Below are positions 21,560 through 34,429 of a DNA stretch of 44,878 nt, piece by piece. The stretch is taken from NCBI RefSeq assembly GCF_001194135.2, contig NC_068996.1, positions 30,629,363 to 30,674,240 on the forward strand. Direction: 5' to 3'. The translations under genes were made by a program, and so were the position numbers. Within the stretch, counting starts at the first letter, position 1, and the number at the start of each line of letters is the position of its first letter. This DNA comes from Octopus bimaculoides (lineage: Eukaryota). The notes beneath the pieces were generated by a model that was given only the letters and a program-made list of their open reading frames with translations, was not told the origin of the DNA and ran no database searches.

Positions 21560-23810
21560 ATGCATCACTGCACTTGGTTTCCAGTAACTGGTGTGTGACA
21601 AAAAAAATTGACTAGTTGCTTTTTGATGACTGCCGGAGAGTCTTCCAGAACTGCAAAGTTTTTTTTTAGTGCTATCTTCATGGGCATTGATAATAGGCTC
21701 GTTGTGGCTGAGCTGAGATTACAACTGAAGTCTAAGAAGCTGAAAGCAGCCAGTACAGACTGGATGTTGACATCGGTGTAAGCAAGATTTATTTGCAGCA
21801 GCTTGGGTCTGTACTACTTGGGGCTGGTCCCTCAAGTGAGAATGTGGAAAACTTACAGGGACACCCTGCTGTTGGCTGCTAGGGTGCATTTTGGTTTCAC
21901 AAAAATTGGCCAAGAAACCTTTCCTTTCCAGGAAAACCCTTGCATTGGTGGAGTGCTGCCACAGGATGAGATAGGATGAGGTCCCTAGTGATTTCTTTCA
22001 GGAGATGAGATATGGAGTTGTCAGAACACTGAAGTCTGAGAGGAAAAGCAAGTTTGAGGAATCTGCAGAGAGGTCAAGGGTTGACTTCACATTTTCTGAC
22101 TTGTATTGCCTACAGAAGAATCACTATGCTCAATGGGAGAAAAACAATCTCCTTGGTGTTCTGGATTGCTCCTGACAGAGGATCCTAAGGTCGCAGTTTG
22201 CTAGGTATCATACTTCAAGTAGTTGTATAAGGTGGACCTGCCTAATACTGTTTTGGATACTGCTGTACCTTTAGCCAGTCAGCTGTGATCTGCCATCTAT
22301 AGATGAAATTAATACAGTAGTAAATCATCCAAAGGGAGGGAAGGCAGCTTGATGTTTATGGTATCCATGGCAAGATGATCAAGTAATGTTGGCCTATGGT
22401 AGTTTTCTTTTTGTGGTAGCCCATCTGCTCAGTTTGGAGTAGTGGCATCATATCACCCACCTGACTAGCAGAGGGGTATAATTATCCCACTTTGGATAGA
22501 TAAAAGTGATCACCATAACTGCAATAACCACAGGTCTCATATTTCTCTCACTAACCAGCAAGGTCTTTGCCAGGTTATTCTGAACAGTGTGAAATCATTC
22601 GCTAGCTTCTGAATGGCTTGAGCAGTCAGGGTTCACACCAAAGACGTCAACTACTGATAGGATCCTTCCTCTCTGAGCCCTTATCAAATGCAGGCAGTGC
22701 TTTTGGCAGGAGCTGCTTGTAGCTTATATTGACTTCCACAAGACGTTTTGACTCTGTGTACAGGGATGTGTATTGGAGGATTCTCAAGCTGCAAAGTATA
22801 CTTCATTGACTGGCTGAGCTGATGGTAACCTTGTATACTGGAACAGTGAATGCAATTCAGATTGGGGATTCAACAACTGACTTTCTCCCTGTTAGATCTG
22901 AAGTCTGTCAGCGTTGTGTTTTGGTCCCACTCTGTTCAGTATCTGCATGGACTGGATATTTGATGAGATAGGGGCTTGATCAAGTTGTGGAGCACTCATT
23001 GGTGAAACTAGGATTACTGGCCTGGATTTCGCAGATGATATGGTTATTCTTGCTGAGTCTCTGAATGGCTTAAGGAGTGCTCTTCTTTTACTGAGTGAGG
23101 AAGCAGAACCACATATCTTTAGAGTTTCTTGGATGATCAAGACAAAGATCCAGTCCTTCATTGGTTTCTTGGAGGATTCCACCTTGTCTGTATGAGTTGC
23201 AGGTGAGAATGCTGAAGTTTACTGCTGCACTTAGCTTGGCAGTATGATCCACAGCAGCATTAGCTGTGAGTTTGGATTCTGGTGCAATTATGAACTCACT
23301 GGAAAACAGCTGGAGGACAAAGGTTCAAGCCTCTAGTCCTCCCTGTTTTGCTCTATAGTTGCATGACATGGACAGTGTCTGAGGTCCTAAGAAGCTGCCT
23401 GAAATCCTTTGGTACTAGGTCGTTTCACAGGATTATGGGTTACCATTGAGTAGATTTCATATTCAACTGATGACTATACTCAGAAACTTGGATGGGTCCT
23501 GTTACTTGTTTAATTTAGGAGTGTCAGCTTAGAATGTTTGGTCATATTGCTGGAATTTCTAAATTGGATCCTGCATACCATGTTCACTTCTCTGAGGCTC
23601 CAGCTGTGGTGGTGTTACATAGTCATGGTGGATGAGGAAGTACCTTGCAGAGATGGGGACTGACTGGGACACTGCTTAGAGGGTTGCCTAGGATGACCCG
23701 AGCAAATACTGGCAAACGGTGGATGCAGTGGTGCACTGCCATGGTGCTTACCCCTATACCCATACCTGTAGTAGTTCTTGAGAAGAAGAGAAATAACTGG
23801 CAGCACAGAA
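21560..23810 (+). mobile_element. Ancient degenerate RTE LINE of a different subfamily (FADD)
   Basis: Frameshifted remnants of RGIIIPLW, EQSGFTPKTSTTDRI, AYIDFHK, and LDFADDMVILAES at about 23020-23060. Confidence 0.8.
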
Positions 23811-24050
23811 AGGATGGGTGATCAAGGAAAAATGTGAGTAGGGAGGGACAGTGTTTTGAATGAAAGATGGATGTCTAAGGAAGTGTTACTCTAGTCCTTG
23901 AGTATGATGCCTTTCTGTACAACCTGATTGGCTATATGGGTTACTAGGCCATATTGTAGTAACCCAGTGCCTCTTGATATTTTAAGCATCTCAAAAGTAA
24001 TTCTTGATGGTCCATGAACTTTTGCTGCCTTCATATCAATTTTTACTAAT

Positions 24051-26214
24051 GGTGGGCAAACTTTTCAGAGCGAGGGCCACATCAGTGGGCATGAAAGTCA
24101 AAGGTCTGCACCTTTTAAAATTGGGCGGTGCGCTTTAAAATAATGAAACATATAGACAGCATGGTTAATAAAAACAAATTCATAATCTAGCACAAGCAGT
24201 TTAATGGGAAAAATGTTTCTGGTCACATTTTGCTTTACTATTCTTTTAAAGTCTGGCACGAGTGTGTCTGACACCATGGNNNNNNNNNNNNNNNNNNNNN
24301 NNNNNNNNNNNNNNNNNNNNNNNNNNNNNNNNNNNNNNNNNNNNNNNNNNNNNNNNNNNNNNNNNNNNNNNNNNNNNNNNNNNNNNNNNNNNNNNNNNNN
24401 NNNNNNNNNNNNNNNNNNNNNNNNNNNNNNNNNNNAAACATTTCCTTCAATGAATGATCAGATTGAATGTCTATCAATTCAAGCTGTAATTCATCAGGTG
24501 CTGCATCAACATCAGCAGAGAAAGAAGTTAATAAGTTGAATTTAAGTTCAATCTGTCTGAAATCCTCAAACCTTATTTGAAACTCTTCAGTCAAACTTCT
24601 CAACTGATCTTCAATTTTTGAACACACATTTCCCAACAATGAAAAATGGGTAAACTTTGTCTTCACTTGCTTGCCTTGAAAACAAGAATAATTTTGCTTG
24701 AAAAAATTTGACATGCTTATACATTTCATGAGCCAAAATTTTCTTTCTCTGCAATTTCACATTTAGCACATTCAACTTTTCAAAAACACCAGCTGCAAAC
24801 ATAGGTTCATATTTCCACTCATCACAGTCCATTTTTGTAACAAATTCACAAGCAATCCTTTTCATATTGAGAAAGAGCAGAATTTCTTTTCATAAATCCT
24901 ATACTCACTTCAGCACTCTGCCAAGATTGAGCTATTGTATATTGTGGTAGAGAACATCTCTGTGCTCAACTTCCATATCCCCCAGTAGGGATTTGAATTG
25001 TCTGTGATTGAGTGCTCTTGCCCTGATGGTGTTTACTATACTGGATCCACCAAATGCTTCAGGTTAAGTGCAGATTTACACAGATTTTCTTGGTGCAAAA
25101 TGCAGTGGTAAGACAAGAAGGCTTGGTTAGGATTGTCTTTTCTAATCTTGTCTTCCAAGAGTTTAAACATGCCCACATTTTCCCCATGTAATGCCTGGGC
25201 ACCTTCTGTTGCTATGCTTGTCAAGCGATCCCATGATGATGCACTTTTTTCAATTGCACTAATCACACATTCATACAAATCCTGACTGGTTGTTGTATTT
25301 TTCATTGATTCTAGTGGCAGCAGTTCTTTGGTGATACAGAAATTCTCATCCACTCCACATACGAAAATTAGTAACTGTGCAGTATCTTGGATGTCGGTCC
25401 TCTCATCTACTGCTAATGAATAACATACAAAATCTTTATTGGCATCCCTCAGCTGTTGAGTCAACTCCTCACTGATTATTTCTATGTACTGCACAACAGT
25501 CCTCCTTGATAATGAAATGTTTTTGAATTTACCTTTCATCTCTGGGCATACAACACTTGCATCATGCATTGTTTTATTAACTTGCCATCTGAGAATGGTT
25601 TGTTACATCTTGAAATTTGGTATGCCACCATAAAACTTGCCTCCAACGCAGTATCATGAATTGATGATTGCTTCTTAAATAGTTTGTTGCTTGTTCAATT
25701 TTGCAACATATTCCACAACCTTTTTCTTCTGTTCTTCATCAGTCATGTTGCATCCCAAATCTCCATATTTTGTTTGGTAGTGCCACTTCAAATTGTACTC
25801 CTTTAACACAGCAATTGTCTCCTGGCACAGTAAACACCCCGCTTTATCCTTAGAACTAGTGAAGAAATACTTGTGTATCCATTCTTCATTAAATGCATGG
25901 CACTCATCCTCAATTTTACATTTTTTAGGAGGCATTGTTCATAGGGTTGGAGAAATCATGTTGTTGTATAGCCAACTATGAACAATAACTGCACATGTGC
26001 AATATCATAAACATGTGCAGAGAGTATGAAACCATTGGAAAATGGGGCGTAGATTTCTATGACACTGAAAAAGTTAGTGTCGGTTCAAGCAAAGACGTTG
26101 ACTTTCACAAAAATTTATCGATTTTTTTTCTAATTTGCTGCAGGCTTCCACAGGCCACACAGAACCCATTGAAGGGCTGCATGCGGCCCACGGGCCGCAG
26201 TTTGCCCACCCCTG
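24051..26214 (-). mobile_element. hAT transposon (Charlie/SPIN/GTF2IRD2-like), defective
   Basis: Transposase from ATG 25935: FNEEWIHKYFF..CLLC..LKEYNLKWHYQTK, SLAVDERTDIQDTAQL, HCILHQENLC. Right end is the reverse complement of CAGGGGTGGGCAAAC (26200-26214). Left end GGTGGGCAAAC (24051-24061) lacks the first 4 nt. No clean 8-bp TSD. Confidence 0.93.
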
Positions 26215-26330
26215 ATCTATTTAAACAGTAGTTTAAATAGATATGTTCCTCTGTTACATTTGCATTGAGAAAACCACTTTCCTATGCATTCACACACACA
26301 CACACACACACACATTTATGTATATACATA

Positions 26331-26625
26331 AGACATTCGAGCGAGGTCGTTGCCAGTGCCACTAGACTGGCTCCTGTGCAGGTAGCACATAAAATACACC
26401 ATTTTGAGCGTGGCCGTTGCCAGTACCGCCTGACTGGCCTTCATGACGGTGGCATGTAAAAGCACCCACTATATTCTCAGAGTGGTTGGCATTAGGAAGG
26501 GCATCCAACTGTAGAAACTCTGCCAAATCAGATTGGAGCCTGGTGCAGCCATCTGGTTTCACCAGTCCTCAGTCAAATCGTCCAACCCATGCTAGCATGG
26601 AAAGCGGACGTTAAACGATGATGAT
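26331..26625 (+). mobile_element. RTE 3' UTR-only copy with (GAT)n tail
   Basis: Closely matches 19815-20120. Confidence 0.9.
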
Positions 26626-26672
26626 GTTGATAATATATGTTTGCAAATATACATATATGTATACACTTGCAT

Positions 26673-26714
<42 letters not shown>

Positions 26715-26879
26715 GAAGACTGATCTGAAGATGCTGCATCTCATGGAGATGTCAAAGGACTGTATTGATTGGTGATATGCAGTACTGCAGAAGACTTGAC
26801 CACCTACAGCAAAGCATACTCTGACACAAGGGTAGTGTTTAGAAGCTGACATACTTTGTTCTCTGCCAAGCATACATTG

Positions 26880-27760
26880 TACATCTTTCTACCTCTCTCA
26901 CCTCTGAATCATTTGAACTTCCCCATCATCCTGTTGCTCACCTCTCCACCCCATTGGTTCACCTCATCTTTCTGATTCCCTCACACTTCTGTAGGCCTAT
27001 TGTATCAGGGACTGCATCTGGACACTCTTTAATTCACTCCGCTGCATTGAGCCATCCACATGCCTCTATACATCTTCTTTACTCTCTTTGTCTTTCTTTT
27101 CTACCCCCTGCCCCCACCTTTCTGTTACTATACATCACTGGTTCTTTTAGTTCATTTACAAACATCATACAATCTTCTCCTCCCTCTGAAAGTGAAACAC
27201 TTTTATTTTAACCAGAACATGTGATAACTCTCTGAACATTTCCATCCATTATTTATCTATTCTATTGTTTCTGAACACCTAACCTTCAGCTAATTAGATT
27301 GCTTAGGTAACAGAAGCTTTCAACCAATTCTAGAGAACCATCAAGGCATTTGATGGAGTCTATTTCATATGTGTTCTTAGTGCCTACTGCTACATATGAA
27401 GTCTACTTTCTCTATTTGCTTACTTGCAATTCCACTGCACTTCATGAAATATCTCTCAACTCCTTTATTTCATATTAAGCATAGCCATTTCTCTGATGGT
27501 TGCAGCATTTTGTCTTCTTTTCTTTTTCACTTTGCTGCATTTCATTACATATTGTTACCTACATCAAATTAACCATTCAACTAGTAAACCATACCCTTAT
27601 CATCGCTCTGATGAGCAGCTGCACACCTCAATAAAGGTAGAACCTTATTCCAGCATTTTACTTGTACATCTCCTGCTATAAGTGCAACAAAACAGTTTAG
27701 TCATAATTGATCATAGGTTCTTAATGATACACATTTTGAGATAATTCCAATTCAAATTTC
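26880..27760 (-). mobile_element. Old RTE ORF2 fragment (lineage related to the 18-kb element)
   Basis: Minus strand IDSIKCLDGSLELVESFCYLSNLIS around 27290-27370, plus decayed RT remnants upstream. Confidence 0.6.
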
Positions 27761-27984
27761 TACAGAACTTGGGGAATTGCACAATAAATACAATGAGATG
27801 CCTCTCCAGTTACAGTAATGAACTTGTAGTGGGTGAACCACAAATTGTTTGTGTGTTTAATTCTAATTACGGTAAAAGAGTACTTAATACATGTTATACA
27901 GTTTATTTTCCCCTACTTGTTCCAGCCATTGTACTGTTATGCTGGGGGACCTTCTTAATGAGTTTAGTTAAACAAATCACCCTC

Positions 27985-28170
27985 AACAGTACTTATGTTT
28001 TCTTCTAAGCCTTGTACTTATTCTGTCATTCTCTTTTCACTAAACCATTAAGTCATGGGGATGTAAACAAACCAACACTGATTGTCAAGCAGTGGTGAGG
28101 AACACGCACAAACCCAAAGGTACACACACACAGACGATGAACATCTTTCTGTTTCTGCCTACCGAACCCA
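27985..28170 (-). mobile_element. tRNA-derived SINE fragment
   Basis: AAGCCTTGTACTTATTCTG...GGGGATGTAAACAAACCAACACTGATTGTCAAGC is the reverse complement of the SINE body. Confidence 0.65.
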
Positions 28171-28468
28171 CTCGCTCTCCGACTTTCTTCCTTTGTGTTC
28201 AGCAAGAACAATGAACTTCTAAAGGATTTGATTATTTTTTATTCATTTACATTGGTTAGCTTTTGATCAGATGGTATTGCTTAGAGATGCTTTGTCAGAG
28301 CATGTTGTGTATGCTAGCAGGTTGTACAGTTTGAGGGTTAAGGATCCTTGTGGAAAAAGTCAAGTTATTTGTACAGGAAGAGGAACTATTACTGCATAAG
28401 AATTAGTTAAGAATGAATTATCAACTTTGATTGATTATGTTTATTTATATGCAAACACTATATTGTAG

Positions 28469-28655
28469 GTGAGGGTACCAACACACCAGGATGGTAGTTG
28501 CCTGTTTTGGGAGTTTGCTACAGACAGCTATGATATTGGCTTTGGAGTCTACTTTGAGTGGACCATCTCCCACTCAAATGCTGTAAGCATACATGTTAGC
28601 GATTCAAGTGATCCTGATGATGATGAAGAGGATGAAGATGACTTGGACGATGCAG
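28469..28655 (+). CDS. ACBD3: ACBD3 coding exon (GOLD domain and acidic loop)
   Basis: Acceptor tAG at 28467-28468, donor GTAAAA at 28656. Translates [62 protein letters not shown]. Confidence 0.96.
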
Positions 28656-29902
28656 GTAAAATGGTTTGTCAAATGTTATCCTGTTTGTGTTATAATCATA
28701 CTCTGTTTGTGGTGGTATCTTTTAGTATTTAGTATGTATGAGTTGGTTGGGTGATAAATCTTTGTATCATACTTAAGTGCAATGCATGTGGGCAAGTTTT
28801 TGTATAACTATAGTGTTGTGCAAAGTGATCTTGATCTTGTGTCTATCATTGTGTGTGGTTGAATGAATGTCATGTTTGTTATGATTTGTGTCTTCCTTGT
28901 ATACTCACTTGTGCACTTTTGAGTGAAACTAGTACAGATGATATGATCATATTTTTATCTGAGTATGACTTTTATATGGAGGCGTTTGTCTTAGTGACTA
29001 GTAGTGAATATAATGATATTGGTGTGATGGCTTTCATTTGAACAAAGTGTGTAGTTTGGTGTTGAGCATGTTTTCAGTGTCTGTCCTCAAAATGGAATGA
29101 ATTTTTTCCCTTGTTAGTGAGTTTCTGAGAAATTCAAGTGCTGTATGATACGAAGATATTCATGCAGTTTGATGAATTGCTTTCTTTGGTGAGGGCTTTG
29201 AATGAGTGAGTCTTAGAATGATTCTAGTGAGGTGATAGTGTTATGTAATGACTATCATATATTTTTGATTTAGTGGAATGTTTTGTGCATGTATATATTT
29301 ACATTTTGAATGATGTGTTCTGTTTTATGTAGGCAATATCTTTGAATGACTTGTGTAATGATGATGTGAGGTGACTTTCATGTTGTGCAGTATGAGTGTT
29401 TGTGTTATTTATGAATGTTTAATGTAATTAACTTGAGTAATGTTTGAATGTGTATCTCAGCAAAGTGTATAATGAAGATGATAGTGATGTGATAGCTTTT
29501 TGCAATGCTTATAGATTGTAGTATGATGAAAGGGAAGTTTTCGGTCTATATTTTTAGGGAGAAAGTGTGTGTATGAAGAGAGAGAGATTTTGAGAGTTAT
29601 GATGTTATGATGTTTTTCCATACTGTGGTGTTGTGTGTAATACTGGTTGTTTTGTGAATGGAAATACTGTTTCATCCTAGTAGGTGTTACCCATGTCATG
29701 CTTTATTCTTGTGTGGCTTGAGTGGTATAACTATTGTGTGCATTTAATGTATTATAGTTGATGTGATGGCTGTCATGCTGTGGTTGTAGAGAAGAATCTA
29801 GTTTGTGATAGAATGTTGTGTATGTATTTTTAGTGAAAGAATCGTGCTTCACTAGAGTGACTGCTAAAATTCAACATTTGTGCATGTATATATGTATATT
29901 AC

Positions 29903-30110
29903 TATCATCATCATCATCATCGTTTAACATCCGTTTTCCATGCTGGTATGGGCTGGATGGTTGGACTGAGGTCTGGAGAGCCAGTGGCTGCACCAGGCTC
30001 CAATCTGATATGGCAATGTTTCTACAGCTGGATGCCCTTCCTAACACCAACCACTTGAGAGTGAGTGCTTTTTATATGCCACCGGCACAGGAGCCAGTCA
30101 GGTGGGCCAC
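29903..30110 (-). mobile_element. RTE 3' UTR-only copy
   Basis: (CAT)n GTTTAACATCCG...CACCAGGCTCCAATCTGAT...CTACAGCTGGATGCCCTTCCTAAC. Confidence 0.88.
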
Positions 30111-30184
30111 TGCTGCAGCTTTGATGGTCGCCCATAAGACATCTTTCAACGTAAATTGGCATCCATCAGCATAAACATCTTGTT

Positions 30185-30840
30185 TAATGATGGACTAAAG
30201 ATTTTCAATAAGGTTAAGATCTGGAGATGCTGGTGGCTACACCATCAAACTTTCACCTTGTATACCGTAAGACCCTAGGAATATTTGAGTGGTCCTAACA
30301 GAATGAGAGGGAGTGTTGTCATACATGAATATGAGATTCCTTAGAAGTGACAGCAGTATGTCATCTAGCCAGGGATCCAAGACCTCCTTCAGGAGATTGC
30401 AGTAGGTGGCCGCAGTCACTTTAATCTCTTCAGGCACCCTGACTGCGCCAATAAGTCTGTCCCCAATGATACTAGCTCACAACATGACTCCTCCAACCTG
30501 TTGTTGACGTAAATGTTGGTGATGCTCATCTCCAAATTAGACCCAACCATTTTCCCAACCGTTGCCCTGGTTTTGTCAGTGAACAGAACACAACTCTTGT
30601 CTAACGTCATGTATTTTTGGGCCCATTGAAGCCTCAAATTCCTGTGAGGAGGCAGTTTCAGGGATTCTCGTACTGCAGCCATGGTGCTGAGGATGCAACT
30701 TCTGGTGGTTCTTGGTAAATGAAGTCCTGAGGCAGTGAAAATGGCTTTGCTTGTTTGTCCAGGTTTCCCATGTAACTTGTGGCCAATATTCCTTAAGTCT
30801 CTAGCTGTCACGATCATTTCTTCCTTGGCACTCATGTGGC
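30185..30840 (-). mobile_element. Tc1-like transposase remnant
   Basis: LQWAQKYM..VLFTDKTR, IFMYDNTPSHS and PPASPDLNLIEN (DD34E-type motif), frameshifted. Confidence 0.85.
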
Positions 30841-31544
30841 TAAATAATTCATTATGTCAATAAATGTTATAATATTATGGTTTTCTGTTAAACATAAGCT
30901 CAATGTATAATTAATATGTATCATTACCTTTCATTTTCTGAAAAAAAAAAAATGTCTAGATGGGCTATTCCATTCAAAAGTTATTAGCATGGTTCACCCA
31001 AAATCTGAAGAATCAGAATTAAAAAAGAAAAGATGTTACACGGAATAATGGAAACATAACAATAGTGTTATCATAGTGTGCAAACCAGCTGGGAAAAGTT
31101 TTATCAAAATCAATTCACAGAAAACAGACATTCTAAATTTCACTCCTAAGCTATTAACGTGGTTCTGGGTGTATATGTACATATTCTTTTATTCTTTTAT
31201 ACATTTCAGCCCTATGGCTGTGGCCAACCACTTGTTACCTTCCTCTGAAACTCTTATGAAATTACTCACTTGCTTCCTTTTCCCTTGATCTATTGTCCAT
31301 ATTCTCTCTTATACTCACTTTCTTGTATCTTGAGATGCTCTGGCATCTTGTTATTACCATTTCTATCTCCTTTCTGGCTGCTCCTACCTCTATATAATGT
31401 GGGATATTGTCATATCTCCTCTATCACAAAACACCTGTGTTTGATCCTCTATCATACTTTAGCCTTCCAACACCTCATACAAAGCTATCTTCCCTTCTTT
31501 CATATTCACCCCCCCCCCCCCATATCAGTTGAGGAGGCTTCTTC

Positions 31545-31728
31545 CTTGTCTTGCAAGTCATTTGGTGATCTCACTTGTGTCAGTAACACAAAAAAAAAAA
31601 ACAGTATCCTGTACATGATATAAAGTGGTGGGTATTCGGATGAGTACTCAGTTGTAGAAACCATGCCACAACAGACATTGGAGCATCTGACCTATGCCAG
31701 TATGGAATACAGACATTAAATGATGACA
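31545..31728 (+). mobile_element. Older RTE-tail-derived short repeat
   Basis: CAGTTGTAGAAACCATGCC...TATGCCAGTATGGAATACAGACATTAAATGATGAC. Confidence 0.55.
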
Positions 31729-31853
31729 AAAATTACCACTGTGTATGATTGTATGTACGAATGTATGTATGTGAGTGTGTATGTATGTTTGTGTATATAT
31801 ATTTGTGTGTGTATATATATATATATATAATCATTCGTTTATCTTTCTTTTAG

Positions 31854-32167
31854 ATGCCAAATCACCAAATTCTGACCCAGAGAAAGGCCACACTTCTTCC
31901 ACTGCAAATAGTTCTACTTTAGCCTCCGGTAGCACCAATTCACCATCAAGAGCAGCAGCCTCTAACACAGGTCCAAGCAGTGGTAGCAATCAGCATCGTC
32001 CACCCACTGATGAGATAATTCCAGTTTACAGGCGAGACTCTCACCTAGAGGTTTACTGTGGTAACCATGCATATCCTGGACGGGGTGTATATCTGTTGAA
32101 GTTTGACAATTCCTATTCACTTTGGCGTTCAAAGACACTTTACTATAGAGTGTATTATACAAGTTGA
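31854..32167 (+). CDS. ACBD3: ACBD3 terminal coding exon (end of GOLD domain, TGA stop)
   Basis: Acceptor tAG at 31852-31853. Ends [52 protein letters not shown], the diagnostic ACBD3 C-terminus. Confidence 0.97.
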
Positions 32168-32949
32168 ATGAGTGGTTGAATGAGGTGTGGGTGTTCAAGT
32201 TCAATAATTCTTATTGTGACACTTTAAGTCACTCTATGGGATGGGTGTATTATGCAAGTTGAGCGTGAATGAGTTTGTGCAAGGTGGGAGGGTTGCTTGT
32301 GAGTTGTGTGGTTGTGTTATATAAGTTTGGTTGATGGTGGAGTGTTTGATAAATTTTATTGGTTGTATGTGGTATGGGTTTGTTGACATTTGACAATGTG
32401 TACTTGCTGTGGTATTACATTACACCCTATTATAGGGTGCACTATACCAGCTGAATGTATGTTTGATTGGAGTAGAATTGGTATTAATTGTGAGTTGAGT
32501 TGAAGTTCAAAACCTATTTAGTGTGCGACATATGAAATCAGTCTGCTGCAGTACTCTACAGAAGTCATTCTACAACCTGTACTATACCAGTTGAGTGAAT
32601 GTGTGGCTGTTATGGATTGACAATTCATATTTGCTATAATATATGAAGATATTTTGATAGATGATAGAAGTAACAATTATTCAATGATGGGTTGTTTATA
32701 ATAAGTATTTTGTTTATTGAGGGCTTAGAGCTGTTTCTGTTTGAGGGATTGTTATTGTTTCGAGGTTTATTTTTTAAAGTTTGTTGGTGTTTCTTAACTT
32801 TGTGCCTGTGTGTGTTCGTGACTAAATATGTGTATGTATTATATGTTGATGTCCATATAAATGTGTGTATGTATTATATGTTGATATCCACAGACACACA
32901 CATGCGTACATGCACACACACATACACAGATATAGATATAGCTATAAAA

Positions 32950-32951
<2 letters not shown>

Positions 32952-33030
<79 letters not shown>
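32952..33030. repeat. (TA)n microsatellite, about 39 units, downstream of the ACBD3 stop
   Basis: Direct reading. Other long tracts include (CT)n/(TA)n 941-1035, (CT)n(CA)n 9304-9352, (CA)n 26674-26710 and (TA)n(GA)n 36722-36787. Confidence 0.99.
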
Positions 33031-33032
<2 letters not shown>

Positions 33033-34187
33033 AACTTATATACATACATGGACATATATATATAGAAAGAGAGAGAGATACATATACAGATATATATACA
33101 TACACAAAAACATGTATATGTGTGTCTATGTTTCTCAGTGTGTGTATATATATATATATATATATATGTGCACACATATATATATACATACTCACACATG
33201 TGTACTTTCATACATACTTATATAATACATGTCTAGTCTCCTGAAAAACTAAAGAGCTAACAGAATGATTGTGCAAGCCTGACTGACCTGCATACTGGCT
33301 ACATTTTCAGATTATGTATGTGTGTGCATGCATGTGTAATGTGAAGATTGCCTCATAGCACTATTTATATTGGTAGATGAACGGTTAGTGTTATAGATAG
33401 ATTAGGACTGATATTCAGATTTCCTGTAAGGTTAGGGTAAGTGTAGTTACAGCTAATTTGGGATTTGTTGTTGCCATTGTGACTTGTAGAGGATTTGTTC
33501 ATTTTTTTCTTTTTTTTTAATGATGCAAGTGGAGCTCATGGGTTTTGGGTAATCACAATACTGTATCAGGCTCTATATGAGGATCTAGAAGTGGAAGCTG
33601 AGTTGATTTATATAGGACTCTGATGGATTTATCAATTTATTTTTTTTAATCTCAAAGTTGTTAAAAGCTTTTTATAAAACTTTTATAACACCCTTAGTAA
33701 GGTTTATGTAGGGTCTATAAAAATTTAATAGAGTCCATAAACTATGCAGCTCTGCAAAAGTCCTTAATAAGGAATTTTAAAGTTTTAATAAGGTCCTAGA
33801 TATTTCTGTCTCTCTGTTTTACCCAACGCAAAAACTTTTTGACAGCCTTATGTAGATCTTTCATTGTTAAGAGCTCTCTAAGGTCTTTAAGGTACTCCTG
33901 ATAAGCAATGATGAGGTGCTTTGTTAACTGTTTTGTCACAGTTGAAATAGAGTGTCAACTGTCATCAAAGCAGAACGCTTCTCACTAAACTGTTCACCTG
34001 TTTGTGTGGGGTATTTACTGCATTATTTGAGCTTTGTGTACTGATCAAAGAAGCAGTAAAGGGGTTTCCAAGTCAGCACAAAAGAGAAACAGACAGACAG
34101 TCCAACAGACCAACTGATGTGGCCCAACAAAGGATTAAAGAAAAATGAACAAAGCAAAGGGAAAACTGTGCATAAGTTAGAATATGG

Positions 34188-34222
<35 letters not shown>

Positions 34223-34429
34223 GTGTGTTTATTATATATATGTAATTGTGTAAATATATTTATGCATGCATATATATTATATACATATTCACACACACAC
34301 ACATTCTCTCTCTTTTATTTTACTTTTATTTTCATTGGTTCTTCTCACTGGTCTGTTGCCATGGTGAAGCTGGGTTGTCAATGTTGCTGCAGCCTTTTTT
34401 CTGTGCATTTGGGTGTTTGATGCTCCTGG

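Noticed and set aside
20240-32060. Cys substitutions in the GOLD domain (KDCV, GSCL, VYCG) as a novel metal or redox site
   Set aside because: Spatial clustering and lineage specificity cannot be judged without an alignment and a structure.
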